From Anaerotignum sp. (GTDB lineage Bacteria; Bacillota; Clostridia; Lachnospirales; Anaerotignaceae), in the NCBI GenBank assembly GCA_047972635.1, contig JBKEAS010000128.1, forward strand, positions 1 through 46,362: 46,362 nucleotides of DNA, written 5' to 3'. Shown one piece after another: positions 1 to 9,095 of the stretch; the first letter of the stretch is position 1, and the number at the start of each line of letters is the position of its first letter. The notes under the pieces are model-generated. The model saw only the letters and a list, made by a program, of their open reading frames with translations, did no database searches and was not told the DNA's origin. A program made the position numbers and the translations under genes.

Positions 1-51
1 CATCTCACATAATCCACAACCAATGCAATTTTCATTTACACTATACCTCAT
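1..51 (-). CDS. Ferredoxin, 5' part only (runs off the window start)
   Basis: Hand translation from ATG 51 gives MRYSVNENCIGCGLCEM, with a CxxCxxC Fe-S motif. SD AAGGAG at 61-66. Not in the ORF track. Confidence 0.85.
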   Translation of the reverse strand, partial: MRYSVNENCIGCGLCEM

Positions 52-348
52 AAGAAACATCTCCTTTTTAAATAATTTATGAAATGTTGTTTTTGTTAAA
101 CCAATCATAACACACATTCCGTAGCACTTATGTTGTAAAAACAACATATATCAAAATATTTCAAAGTAAAATAAAACTAGCCCTCAATCACTATGACCAC
201 CAACACAAACTCTGCCACAATCTTAGTCAAATCCTATTTTACATAGAGAATTTTAAATCTCATGACATATCATCTATCAGGACTCCTGCATATTCAAATG
301 ATCCATATCATTCGTGCAGCCTAGATAGCTAAATTCTCATCTCAGTAC

Positions 349-384
349 AAAAAAACCCGAGAACATAACATTCTCGGGTTTTTG
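349..384 (-). terminator. Intrinsic terminator of rplM-rpsI (could act in both directions)
   Basis: AAAAACCCGAGAA-N7-TTCTCGGGTTTTT inverted repeat with A/T tails, about 25 bp after the rpsI stop. Confidence 0.88.
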
Positions 385-408
385 ATAACTTGTATAAAGT
401 TGAAATAA

Positions 409-801
409 TTATCTCTTGCTGAACTGTGGAGCACGACGTGCTGCCTTAAGACCATATTTCTTTCTTTCTTTCATTCTAGGATCACGAGTTAAGAAACCAG
501 CTTTTTTCAAAGAAGGTCTGTAATCGCCATCTGCCTGAAGCAAAGCTCTAGAAATACCGTGTCTAATCGCACCTGCCTGACCTGTGAAACCGCCACCATT
601 TACGTTTACCAAAACGTCAAATTTAGCTGATGTTTCTGTCAATTCTAAAGGCTGACGAACAATAAGCTTAAGTGTTTCAAGACCAAAATAATCGTCCATA
701 TCTCTTTTATTAATTGTAACTTTACCGTTGCCTGGTACTAAATATACTCTAGCTACGGAAGATTTTCTTCTACCTGTACCATAATATCTAGCTGCTGCCA
801 T
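409..801 (-). CDS. rpsI: 30S ribosomal protein S9
   Basis: [13 protein letters not shown] at the N-terminus and [10 protein letters not shown] at the C-terminus. SD GGAGGAG. Confidence 0.99.
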   Translation of the reverse strand: MAAARYYGTGRRKSSVARVYLVPGNGKVTINKRDMDDYFGLETLKLIVRQPLELTETSAKFDVLVNVNGGGFTGQAGAIRHGISRALLQADGDYRPSLKKAGFLTRDPRMKERKKYGLKAARRAPQFSKR

Positions 802-819
802 TATGCGTTCCTCCTCCTA

Positions 820-1257
820 TTAAAATTTAATTTCCAATTTTTCGGGTTTCTGTGCTTCATGGGGATGATCTGCGCCCGCATAAACGTGCAATTTGCCGAA
901 CATCTTTCTACCAAGAGCATTTTTAGGAAGCATACCTTTTACAGCATGTTCAATTACTCTTTCAGGGTGTGTTTCAAGCATTTTGTCAAGTCTAGTTGAT
1001 TTCAAACCGCCTGTGTAACCAGAGTGATGATGGTACATTTTCTGTTCCAATTTCTTACCTGTTACAGCAACCTTTTCAGCATTTACAACGATTACATAAT
1101 CGCCCATATCTACGTTAGGTGCATACTGTGGTTTGTTCTTGCCTCTTAAAATGTTTGCGATTTCTGTGGACATACGACCTAGTGTCACATCAGCAGCATC
1201 AATTACATACCACTTTTTTACTACATCAGACTCCTTCGCAATATAAGTTGTTCTCAT
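820..1257 (-). CDS. rplM: 50S ribosomal protein L13
   Basis: WYVIDA..LGR and [10 protein letters not shown] motifs. Start moved to ATG 1257 (MRTTY), behind SD GGGAGGT. Confidence 0.98.
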   Translation of the reverse strand: MRTTYIAKESDVVKKWYVIDAADVTLGRMSTEIANILRGKNKPQYAPNVDMGDYVIVVNAEKVAVTGKKLEQKMYHHHSGYTGGLKSTRLDKMLETHPERVIEHAVKGMLPKNALGRKMFGKLHVYAGADHPHEAQKPEKLEIKF

Positions 1258-1271
1258 GGTTTCTACCTCCC

Positions 1272-1415
1272 TATAATTTATTTGTTTGATCCTTTGACTT
1301 TGACGCTTTGCGGGTACAAAACGGCCAATCTCCATTATGTTCATTCACATAACTTGTTGGATCCCACCTTGAGAAACATATATTTAAAACCTTTCGGTTC
1401 TAAAATCAATAATAG
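1272..1415 (-). promoter_or_regulatory. Structured rplM 5' leader (L13-leader candidate)
   Basis: UTR of about 160 nt with a GAAA-tetraloop hairpin (TTTTAGAACC-GAAA-GGTTTTAAA) and a TTATGT/ACATAA stem. Confidence 0.55.
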
Positions 1416-1422
1416 CTTTATT

Positions 1423-1451
1423 ATTATAGTACATTCATTTGCAACTGTCAA
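1423..1451 (-). promoter_or_regulatory. SigA promoter of rplM-rpsI
   Basis: Perfect TTGACA (1451-1446)-17 bp-TATAAT (1428-1423). Confidence 0.92.
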
Positions 1452-2210
1452 CTAAATTCCTTGAAAATCGTAATATATTTCCAGTAAAGATAAACCTTGT
1501 GCCTCTGCGGTCTGTCCCGCTTTTTGCCTGTCTTTACTAAAAATAATATTCGTCACTTCCTCTGGTGAAATTTTATCTAACCCTACAGAAATTAAAGTAC
1601 CTGCGATAATACGTACCATATTGTATAAAAATCCATCACCAGTAACATAAATGCAGATCATATCTCCCTCTTGCTTCACAAAGCAGTCAAAAATCGTTCT
1701 CACCTTAGAGTTAACCGTACTCCCCACTGCACAAAAGGCAGAAAAATCGTAAGTACCAATAAACTTCTTCGCCGCCAAATTCATCCTTTCCAAATTTAGC
1801 GTGCTGTGTATAAACGTAGAATATAACCTTTCCTTCGGATTTTTAATTTTCCCATTAAAAATTCGATATTCATACGTTTTTTTCACACAATCATATCTAG
1901 GATGAAAGCAATCTGGCACTTCCTGTGCGTTGGTTACAACAATATCGTCCGGAAGAAATGCACGTATCGCCAAAGGTATTTTTTCTGTTGGTATCTTTGT
2001 ATCAACGTCAATTGTGGCTCTTTGCCCCAAAGCGTGCACGCCACTATCCGTTCTGCTAGCCCCAATACAGCTTAAGTCTGGCATCTGAAAAAGAAGTCGC
2101 AAAGCTTTTTCTAACTCACCCTCAACAGTTGTCACTTCCGGTAGCAATTGTTTCTGCCAACCGCTATATTTCGTTCCGTCATAGGCAATGGTCAATAATA
2201 TGCGTTTCAC
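1452..2210 (-). CDS. truA: tRNA pseudouridine(38-40) synthase
   Basis: AYDGTKYSGWQ, ASRTDSGVHA (catalytic Asp) and FLYNMVRII. GTG start with SD AGGAGG. Confidence 0.97.
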   Translation of the reverse strand: MKRILLTIAYDGTKYSGWQKQLLPEVTTVEGELEKALRLLFQMPDLSCIGASRTDSGVHALGQRATIDVDTKIPTEKIPLAIRAFLPDDIVVTNAQEVPDCFHPRYDCVKKTYEYRIFNGKIKNPKERLYSTFIHSTLNLERMNLAAKKFIGTYDFSAFCAVGSTVNSKVRTIFDCFVKQEGDMICIYVTGDGFLYNMVRIIAGTLISVGLDKISPEEVTNIIFSKDRQKAGQTAEAQGLSLLEIYYDFQGI

Positions 2211-2228
2211 CCAATTCCTCCTAAGTCA

Positions 2229-2258
2229 CAAAAAGGGAACAACCTTGTTCCCCTTTTG
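2229..2258 (-). terminator. Terminator-like hairpin between ecfT and truA
   Basis: Perfect inverted repeat CAAAAAGGGAACA-ACCT-TGTTCCCTTTTTG. Confidence 0.7.
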
Positions 2259-2293
2259 CTTGTGTCATAATATATCACTGGCACCCACGCCAT

Positions 2294-3118
2294 TTAAATC
2301 ATAAATGGAACTATTCCAGTGGCATAACGTAATCCAAAAATCATTGCAATATATAATACGCCCAGTGTCAGTGCAAAATAATCTCTCTTTTGCATATACA
2401 TGCGATTCATCCTCGTTCTATTTTCATCCCCATGGTAACATCTAGCTTCCATAGCCATAGCAAGCTCCTCCGCCCTACGAAAAGCAGAAATAAATAATGG
2501 AACAAGAATTGGGATCAAGCTTTTTGCCTTTTGCATCAAATTCCCCGTATCAAAGTCAGCACCTCTTGCTTGCTGTGCTTTCATGATTTTATCTGTTTCA
2601 TCAAGCAATGTAGGAATAAAGCGTAATGCAATGGTCATCATCATCGCAATCTCATGTGCCGGAACCCCAATCTTTTTAAATGGACGTAGAATGTACTCAA
2701 TACCATCTGTCAATTGTATTGGTGTCGTCGTAAGGGTAAGCACAGAAGAACCAATAATCAAAAGCACCAAACGGATACACATCTTCGTTGCCAATATAAT
2801 CCCTTCAACTGTAAGCGTCAAAAACTTCCATTCCCAAATAATGCTTTCTCCCGGTGTCATAAAAAGATTAATAAAAGCCGTAAACAAAATAATAACCATA
2901 ATGCTTTTAATCCCTTTAAGCATAAATTTTAAGGGTATCTTAGAAGCAGCAATCACTATCCCTAACACAGCAACCACGAAAAAGTAACCTGTAAAAGAAT
3001 TTACCGCAAAAAGCGTAATAATATATATAAAAGTTATCGTTAGCTTTACTCTGGCATCTAGCCGATGGATGGGGGAATCCACAGGATAGTATTGGCCAAT
3101 GGTAATATCCCGAATCAT
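2294..3118 (-). CDS. ecfT: ECF transporter transmembrane T component
   Basis: Hydrophobic protein with HRLDARVK and the AQQARG and AMEARCY motifs. Follows two ECF ATPases. Confidence 0.96.
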   Translation of the reverse strand: MIRDITIGQYYPVDSPIHRLDARVKLTITFIYIITLFAVNSFTGYFFVVAVLGIVIAASKIPLKFMLKGIKSIMVIILFTAFINLFMTPGESIIWEWKFLTLTVEGIILATKMCIRLVLLIIGSSVLTLTTTPIQLTDGIEYILRPFKKIGVPAHEIAMMMTIALRFIPTLLDETDKIMKAQQARGADFDTGNLMQKAKSLIPILVPLFISAFRRAEELAMAMEARCYHGDENRTRMNRMYMQKRDYFALTLGVLYIAMIFGLRYATGIVPFMI

Positions 3119-3972
3119 ACGTTCACCTGCTTTACTAAATCTAGCAATACATGCTTAGCTTCGTCTATTGTAAACACATCCAAAGGCACATCAAATCCTT
3201 TTTCTTTTAGTGCCGAAAAAACATAACTTACTTGTGGTGCTGCAAGCCCCATATCTTCTAGCTCCTTGACTTTACAAAAAACTTCTTTTGGCGTCCCCAT
3301 AGTCGCTACCTTGCCTTCATGCATCACAATAATCCGATCCACCAGTTTCGCAACATCCTCCATACTATGGCTAACCAAAATAACAGTAATGCCTCTTTCT
3401 TTATGCAGACGTTTAATTGCCTGTAGAATTTCGTCACGACCCTTAGGGTCTAGTCCAGCGGTAGGTTCGTCCAAAATAAGAACCTCAGGATTCATCGCCA
3501 AAACGCCAGCGATCGCCACACGACGCTTTTGCCCTCCCGATAGATCAAAGGGTGACTTTTCATATAAGTCTGATGATATCCCAACCGTTTCCAGTGCAGA
3601 GACAACATTTTTGTCAATGTCCTCTTTTGAAAGCATCATATTAGTGGGGCCAAAAGCCACATCTTTATAAACACTCATTTCAAAAAGTTGATACTCTGGA
3701 TATTGAAAAGCCAAACCAATACGACGACGTACCTCTTTCAGCTTCGCTTTATCCTTATGAATGTTATCGCCATCCACTAATATTTCACCCTTAGTCGGAC
3801 TGATAATTCCATTTAAATGCTGAATTAATGTCGACTTACCCGAACCTGTATGTCCAATTAAGCCAATAAACTCGCCTTTTTTTATTTCTAAAGAAACATC
3901 ATCCAATGCTTTTTTTTCAAAAGCAGTATCCTTATTATAAATATATGTTAAGTTGTTAATTTTAATTGACAT
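3115..3972 (-). CDS. ecfA2: ECF transporter ATPase A'
   Basis: Walker [31 protein letters not shown] and [10 protein letters not shown]. Confidence 0.96.
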   Translation of the reverse strand: MSIKINNLTYIYNKDTAFEKKALDDVSLEIKKGEFIGLIGHTGSGKSTLIQHLNGIISPTKGEILVDGDNIHKDKAKLKEVRRRIGLAFQYPEYQLFEMSVYKDVAFGPTNMMLSKEDIDKNVVSALETVGISSDLYEKSPFDLSGGQKRRVAIAGVLAMNPEVLILDEPTAGLDPKGRDEILQAIKRLHKERGITVILVSHSMEDVAKLVDRIIVMHEGKVATMGTPKEVFCKVKELEDMGLAAPQVSYVFSALKEKGFDVPLDVFTIDEAKHVLLDLVKQVNV

Positions 3973-4814
3973 ATTGCACCTACCATTTCTTCGACTGTCA
4001 AAATATCCGCGGGTAATTCGATTCCTTCCTTACGCAAAAGATGTGCAACCTCAGTCACCTGCGGTACATCCAAACCGTATTGTTGAAGACGTTCAACCTG
4101 CGAAAAAATCTGCCTAGGTTTCCCCTCCATCACTACCTCACCGTCATCAATCACATAAACCCGATCTCCACGAACTGCTTCATCCATGTAGTGAGTAATC
4201 AAAATAATGGTAATGCCCTCTTCTTTATTTAAGCGCTCAATCGTTTCTATCACTTCTTTTCGACCCACAGGATCAAGCATCGCGGTAGGCTCGTCCAAAA
4301 TAATGCAATCTGGCTTCATCGCCAAAACGCCTGCAATGGCAATTCTTTGTTTCTGACCGCCCGAAAGCTTTGATGGCGTGTGGGTGGCATACTGTTGCAT
4401 ACGCACCGTTGCCAATGCTTCGTCCACACGACGGCGGATTTCTTCTGGTTCTATTCCCATATTTTCTGGCCCAAAGGCAATATCTTCTTCTACAATGGTC
4501 GCTACCAATTGATTATCCGGATTTTGAAAAACCATACCAGCCTTTTGTCTGATTTCCCAAACCAGTTCACCATTTTTTGTATCCATACCCTCTACCCATA
4601 TCGTGCCATCTGTTGGCTCTAATAAAGCATTAATATGTTTTGCAAAAGTAGATTTTCCTGATCCATTATGGCCCAAAACCACCACAAATTCGCCTTTTTC
4701 AATTTCTAAGGTAACCGACTTTAAGGCGGCAACCTTTTCTTCTTCAGTACCGTAGTCTGTTTCATGCATTTTTAAATATTCGTATGTTAGACCTTCGGAC
4801 TTCACCATTTTCAT
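3948..4814 (-). CDS. ecfA1: ECF transporter ATPase A
   Basis: [25 protein letters not shown] and [10 protein letters not shown]. Confidence 0.96.
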   Translation of the reverse strand: MKMVKSEGLTYEYLKMHETDYGTEEEKVAALKSVTLEIEKGEFVVVLGHNGSGKSTFAKHINALLEPTDGTIWVEGMDTKNGELVWEIRQKAGMVFQNPDNQLVATIVEEDIAFGPENMGIEPEEIRRRVDEALATVRMQQYATHTPSKLSGGQKQRIAIAGVLAMKPDCIILDEPTAMLDPVGRKEVIETIERLNKEEGITIILITHYMDEAVRGDRVYVIDDGEVVMEGKPRQIFSQVERLQQYGLDVPQVTEVAHLLRKEGIELPADILTVEEMVGAICQLKLTT

Positions 4815-4883
4815 AATTTCACCTTTTCACGTAGAGACTTCTCTCCTCTTAGTCTATGGCAAGCTATGCTCATAGCTATCAAT

Positions 4884-4912
4884 AGAATACGTTTTTTCAA
4901 GAAAAAAGTCAA
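4884..4912 (-). promoter_or_regulatory. Putative SigA promoter of ecfA1-ecfA2-ecfT
   Basis: TTGACT (4912-4907)-17 bp-TATTCT (4889-4884). Confidence 0.65.
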
Positions 4913-5018
4913 GGAAAATACCCTTTGTACTTTATCAATATGCAAGCGTACTCACCACACACATTCTCCTCTATTCGTTTTCAAATGAGAGCACATTATT
5001 CTAATGAAGAAAATTTTT

Positions 5019-5060
5019 AAAAAAAGAGCTGACGATTTTGCAAGCGTCAGCTCTTTTTTA
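5019..5060 (-). terminator. Intrinsic terminator closing the sigma54 operon
   Basis: AAAAAAGAGCTGACG-N10-CGTCAGCTCTTTTTT, about 35 bp after the amidase stop. Confidence 0.88.
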
Positions 5061-5094
5061 TATTTCTTTATCTTTTCATTACAAAAGATTTTTA

Positions 5095-6078
5095 TTATTT
5101 TCTGTTAAGAAATTCATCCAAATTCTTTTCAAACTGATCTACATCAGGCATAATCTCAATCATATTACCAATTTGACAAACGCCAATAGATTTTACATCT
5201 TCCTCATATTCATGTGGATCAACAGGTGTTTTTCTTATTGTTTCAAACACAGGTGCCTTAGACACATCGTCTGCATAAGGCATTGGGAAGTTATAATCTC
5301 TTAAGTGCTGTAAATAATGGTCAACAAACATTGTGCCGTACTGTCTTGTTCTTGTTACCAAGTCCAAATCTAAGGTAAGGGTTGCAATTGTAGCTTCTTG
5401 TCCAGCTTCCCAAAGAAGTTGGCCTTCAGGGTTAACCACCAAAGAATTTCCATACATATGAATGTTATTAAAGAATCCAACACCATTTGTAGAAATCATA
5501 TATGCTTGGTTTTCAATCGCACGAGCAAAATGCAATGGTTTGTTGAAGTAGTATAATTCCTGTGGATCCATTGTTAACTTAACAAGAATTTCTGCACCCA
5601 TCAAAGTTTCATTTCTAGAAATTTCCGGGAAATTCAAATCGTAACAAATCTGTACGCCAACTTTGGTCTGTTTCTCAGGAATATCAAATACAACATAACG
5701 TCTACCTGGTTCTGCAAATGCTTCAGAAGGACGCCAAGGAGCCATCTTTCTGTAAACATCTACCAATTCACCTTTAGGGTTAAAAATTGGTGCAGAGTTA
5801 TAGTAAATACCTTCTGGAAGGTCAGCATGTTTTTCATACATTGTTCCTGGAATGAAGTAAATTCCATATTTTTTAGCAATTCCCGAGAAAAATTCTGTCA
5901 TTGCACCAGGGATATATTCAGGTGTGAAACACTGTATACATTCAACACCTACAATAAGTTCTGGCTTATGGTATCCACTCATAAGTGCTGCCACTTTTTC
6001 TTCGATATACTTCAAATTCACCACTGTATCTTGACTAATTGGCATCTGAATTAAACCTACATTTAAAAATCTTCCCAT
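5095..6078 (-). CDS. Carbon-nitrogen hydrolase (nitrilase superfamily; aliphatic amidase/formamidase-like)
   Basis: Glu-Lys-Cys triad in VGVEC, YRKMAPW and QICYDLNFPE, plus ARAIENQ. ATG 6078 lies behind AGAGAGGT and next to the MFS stop. Confidence 0.9.
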   Translation of the reverse strand: MGRFLNVGLIQMPISQDTVVNLKYIEEKVAALMSGYHKPELIVGVECIQCFTPEYIPGAMTEFFSGIAKKYGIYFIPGTMYEKHADLPEGIYYNSAPIFNPKGELVDVYRKMAPWRPSEAFAEPGRRYVVFDIPEKQTKVGVQICYDLNFPEISRNETLMGAEILVKLTMDPQELYYFNKPLHFARAIENQAYMISTNGVGFFNNIHMYGNSLVVNPEGQLLWEAGQEATIATLTLDLDLVTRTRQYGTMFVDHYLQHLRDYNFPMPYADDVSKAPVFETIRKTPVDPHEYEEDVKSIGVCQIGNMIEIMPDVDQFEKNLDEFLNRK

Positions 6079-6079
6079 C

Positions 6080-7306
6080 TTATTCAACCTCTCTTTGTTT
6101 CGAAATAATTTTTAGTATCAATAAGCAGGCGATCACACTAAAAAGTGCCACGCCAGCACAAACCATCCATCCAATATTCCAATATCCTTTTATACCAAAC
6201 ATAATACCAACCACAACTGGCGCAAAAGTCATGCCTATATCCCCGCACCCACCAATAAAGCCTGTAGCCATCGGCAAGGAATCGGGATTAAAAATTTCTG
6301 GCAAAATGGAATAAAAAGCGCCAAAGCCCCAAGCAGAACCAAAAGAAAAACTCATAACTGCCAAATAGAATGTCATAAAATTTGCTAAATCCAACAACAG
6401 CAACATTGCTATCGACAAAATAGTAATGACACACCCAAAAGAATATACCATAACCCTAGCAAACCCTTTATTTGTCATCCTAGCTGCAAACGCATCACTC
6501 GCCTTACCAGAAATGATACAGGCACTAACGATACCGATTGTTATGCCAGATAAAATCTTACCTGTTTCCATCTCTCCATAGCCCAAATAGCTACTAAAGA
6601 GTGGCATATCAATAGAGATTGCTTGTACCGACCAAGTTGTGGAAATTAGTGCTACAAATAAAAGCCAAACAATAGGCATGGTCAGCATTTTTGAAAAAGG
6701 AACATCAGTTTTTTCTTCTTCCCTCTGATCTTGTCCCTCAAGAGCAGGGTTTTCTTTTATTGTTAACAGCCAAATAACGGCTGTAATTAAGTGCAAAACC
6801 CCTAGTGCCCAATACGATTCTATCCAACCGTATTGAGCAATAATATAACCACTAAAGGTTCCACCAATACCTGCACCACCGTAAAAAATTCCATTAAAGA
6901 CTGCAGTAGAAATACCTCTGTTTTCTTCATCCACCCATCCCATAATGATAAGCAAAAAGACAGGAAATACTAAAGATGAGAGCCCTTGCACAAACTTCAG
7001 CACATAAAATGCGAAAACAGAAGTAACATAAGGCGTTAACACCAACGCCGGTATTAAAGCAATCATACCTAACACGAATGCTTTCTTAGCGCCTATTTTT
7101 TTGTAAAGAATACCAGAAACAAACATAGCAATAATGATTGCAACGGTTTTTATCGTATCCCCTACAAGTAGAACCTCTGGAGCTACCTGCATTTTTTCTG
7201 CTAAGTAATTAATGGTCATTGATGATTGTGGAAATCCAGCCGATAAAATACACCCAATAAAAGCATTCAGAAAAACCACATACCATGTATATACTTTTTT
7301 ACTCAT
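6080..7306 (-). CDS. MFS transporter
   Basis: 408 aa with about 12 hydrophobic segments and motif A-like GILYKKIGAKK and GKASDAF. Confidence 0.88.
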   Translation of the reverse strand: MSKKVYTWYVVFLNAFIGCILSAGFPQSSMTINYLAEKMQVAPEVLLVGDTIKTVAIIIAMFVSGILYKKIGAKKAFVLGMIALIPALVLTPYVTSVFAFYVLKFVQGLSSLVFPVFLLIIMGWVDEENRGISTAVFNGIFYGGAGIGGTFSGYIIAQYGWIESYWALGVLHLITAVIWLLTIKENPALEGQDQREEEKTDVPFSKMLTMPIVWLLFVALISTTWSVQAISIDMPLFSSYLGYGEMETGKILSGITIGIVSACIISGKASDAFAARMTNKGFARVMVYSFGCVITILSIAMLLLLDLANFMTFYLAVMSFSFGSAWGFGAFYSILPEIFNPDSLPMATGFIGGCGDIGMTFAPVVVGIMFGIKGYWNIGWMVCAGVALFSVIACLLILKIISKQREVE

Positions 7307-7339
7307 TTTTCCACCATTTGCAAATACAAAAAATTTAAA

Positions 7340-8743
7340 TTATAAAAGGTCACTAAAACCTTCTGTTGAGTATTCTTTACCAGCTTTTTTAGCTTCCAAA
7401 GCATTGCTAATTGCAACAAATTTTGTTTTTGTAAGAGGGTACATAATTACAACAAGTCCAGCCGCTATACCAAAAACACCAGGAAGTGCTGTGTTGATGA
7501 GCATAATTGCTTTATTTGTAGCTTCTACAGCACCTTCGATGCCGTACTGTCCCCAAGCCAAAACCTGTCCTGTTAGCCACATAGCAAATGCTGCACCCAA
7601 TTTCTGACAGAAAGACATCAATGCTGTAATAGCACCTTCGATTCTTTCACCTGTTTGGAACTCACCTAATTCAGTAATATCGTACATCATAGAATAATAT
7701 AGAGTCCAGTATGTGGAATTACCAAAGCAATAAATGAAGATCATCGCTAATAACATAAACAAGGAAGAGAAACCGATAAAATAGAATACAACCAAAGTAG
7801 CAGCAGAAATAATCATACCATTCATGTAAACTTTCTTTTTATCGAATTTAGCAGCCAATTTATTAATAACTGGCAACCATACCATAGCAAAGATAGAAAG
7901 GCTGGCCAAAACCATAGACTGTATTCCTGCATCATAGCTTAATGTGTTGTTGATCAAATACACAATACCACCACTGCTTAAAGAAGAAGTACAAGACCAA
8001 AGTAAAACAGAAACTGCCAAAGGTTTTACACATTTCATTTTGAAAATTTTACCGTAGGATTTAAAGATATCCTTAAACTCTGACTTTGGAACATCTGCCA
8101 TTGATAATTCTTTGCCTTTTGTGCTATTCCAACAAATTAAAATAACAAGAAGAATTAAAATTCCAAAAGTCGTACCAACATTTCTCCAACCATCAACTGC
8201 AGTACCACCTGCTTGTTCAGTCATAGAAATAATCATAGGTGGTGTGGAAGAAGCGATCAAAACTGCTGCATACATGAAATAACTTGCCCAAACTCTAAGT
8301 GTTGTTCTTTCTTCGAAATCCTGAGTAATCTCAGCACCTAAAGCAAAATAAGGAATTACGTAAGCGGTGTATGCTGTCCAAAACAACATAGAAACGATAA
8401 TGAAATATCCATTTTTCGCTGTTTCAGAGAAATTTACATCATTAAATAATAAAAACATAATAAGTGCGTAAGGAATAGCTGCAGCAAGCATAAATGGTCT
8501 TCTTCTGCCGCGTTTGCTACGCATATTGTCTGTACAGTGTCCAATAATTGGATCTGTAATGGCATCCCACATAACTGCGATCAAAGAAATCGCACCTGCG
8601 ATTGTTGGTGAAATTCCGATAACGTCTGTCAAAAAGAATAAGAAAAAGAAATAAAATACATTGAAACCGATGGAATCACCCATCTGACCTATGCCGTAGC
8701 CTAATTTCGTTTTTATACTCAACTTTTCCGTGCTAGTGGTCAT
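7340..8743 (-). CDS. GPH-family (MelB-like) cation symporter
   Basis: KLGYGIGQMG, WDAITDPIIG..D and RGRRRPF signatures. ATG 8743 fits SD AAGGAGG better than GTG 8749. Confidence 0.9.
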   Translation of the reverse strand: MTTSTEKLSIKTKLGYGIGQMGDSIGFNVFYFFFLFFLTDVIGISPTIAGAISLIAVMWDAITDPIIGHCTDNMRSKRGRRRPFMLAAAIPYALIMFLLFNDVNFSETAKNGYFIIVSMLFWTAYTAYVIPYFALGAEITQDFEERTTLRVWASYFMYAAVLIASSTPPMIISMTEQAGGTAVDGWRNVGTTFGILILLVILICWNSTKGKELSMADVPKSEFKDIFKSYGKIFKMKCVKPLAVSVLLWSCTSSLSSGGIVYLINNTLSYDAGIQSMVLASLSIFAMVWLPVINKLAAKFDKKKVYMNGMIISAATLVVFYFIGFSSLFMLLAMIFIYCFGNSTYWTLYYSMMYDITELGEFQTGERIEGAITALMSFCQKLGAAFAMWLTGQVLAWGQYGIEGAVEATNKAIMLINTALPGVFGIAAGLVVIMYPLTKTKFVAISNALEAKKAGKEYSTEGFSDLL

Positions 8744-8883
8744 TTCCACTCCTCCTTAAATCATAAACAACTTTCGGTTACATTGCGAAGCCTCTCTACA
8801 GTAGGGCCCTTTACCATAGAAAAAAACTTTTGATCCATCCTGTCACAACTTCAGTATATAGCAACAGGTGATAGTTATATTAA

Positions 8884-8902
8884 TAGCAATATCCGTGCCA
8901 AA
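8884..8902 (-). promoter_or_regulatory. Sigma54 (-24/-12) promoter
   Basis: TTTGGCACGGATATTGCTA matches TGGCAC-N5-TTGCW with exact GG-N10-GC spacing. It lies between the activator and the transporter operon. Confidence 0.93.
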
Positions 8903-8976
8903 CCCAAAAAAATAGACAAATTACTTGTTTTATCAGCATTCTGACGATTTCAATTTTTTGATACCATGCGATGATT

Positions 8977-9082
8977 TGTTCAGATATTTTTACACTTCAT
9001 CATCATAATTTGCTTCATTCGCCTAATTTATAACATTTATACGTATGTTCAAAATATTTTACAGTGTTCACTTTTAACGACA
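8977..9082. promoter_or_regulatory. Three putative upstream activator sequences (TGT-N12-ACA)
   Basis: TGTTCAGATATTTTTACA (8977-8994), TGTTCAAAATATTTTACA (9046-9063) and TGTTCACTTTTAACGACA (9065-9082), about 80-180 bp upstream of the -24 element. Confidence 0.75.
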
Positions 9083-9095
9083 CTCATTTCTCCTA

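Noticed and set aside
93..112. Rex operator upstream of the ferredoxin gene
   Set aside because: The half-sites are 3 bp too far apart for the 18-bp Rex box.
1258..1344. Upstream extensions in the ORF track (rplM here; also rplQ, adk, rplF, rplB, rplC, thpR, tkt, ACT, DUF711, 5-FCL)
   Set aside because: Downstream ATGs with good SD spacing match the family N-termini, so the extensions are UTR or overlap sequence.
4936..4975. Mini-ORF MCVVSTLAY with GAGGAG upstream of the ecf promoter
   Set aside because: It is only 9 codons, the SD is too close to the ATG, and nothing else supports it.
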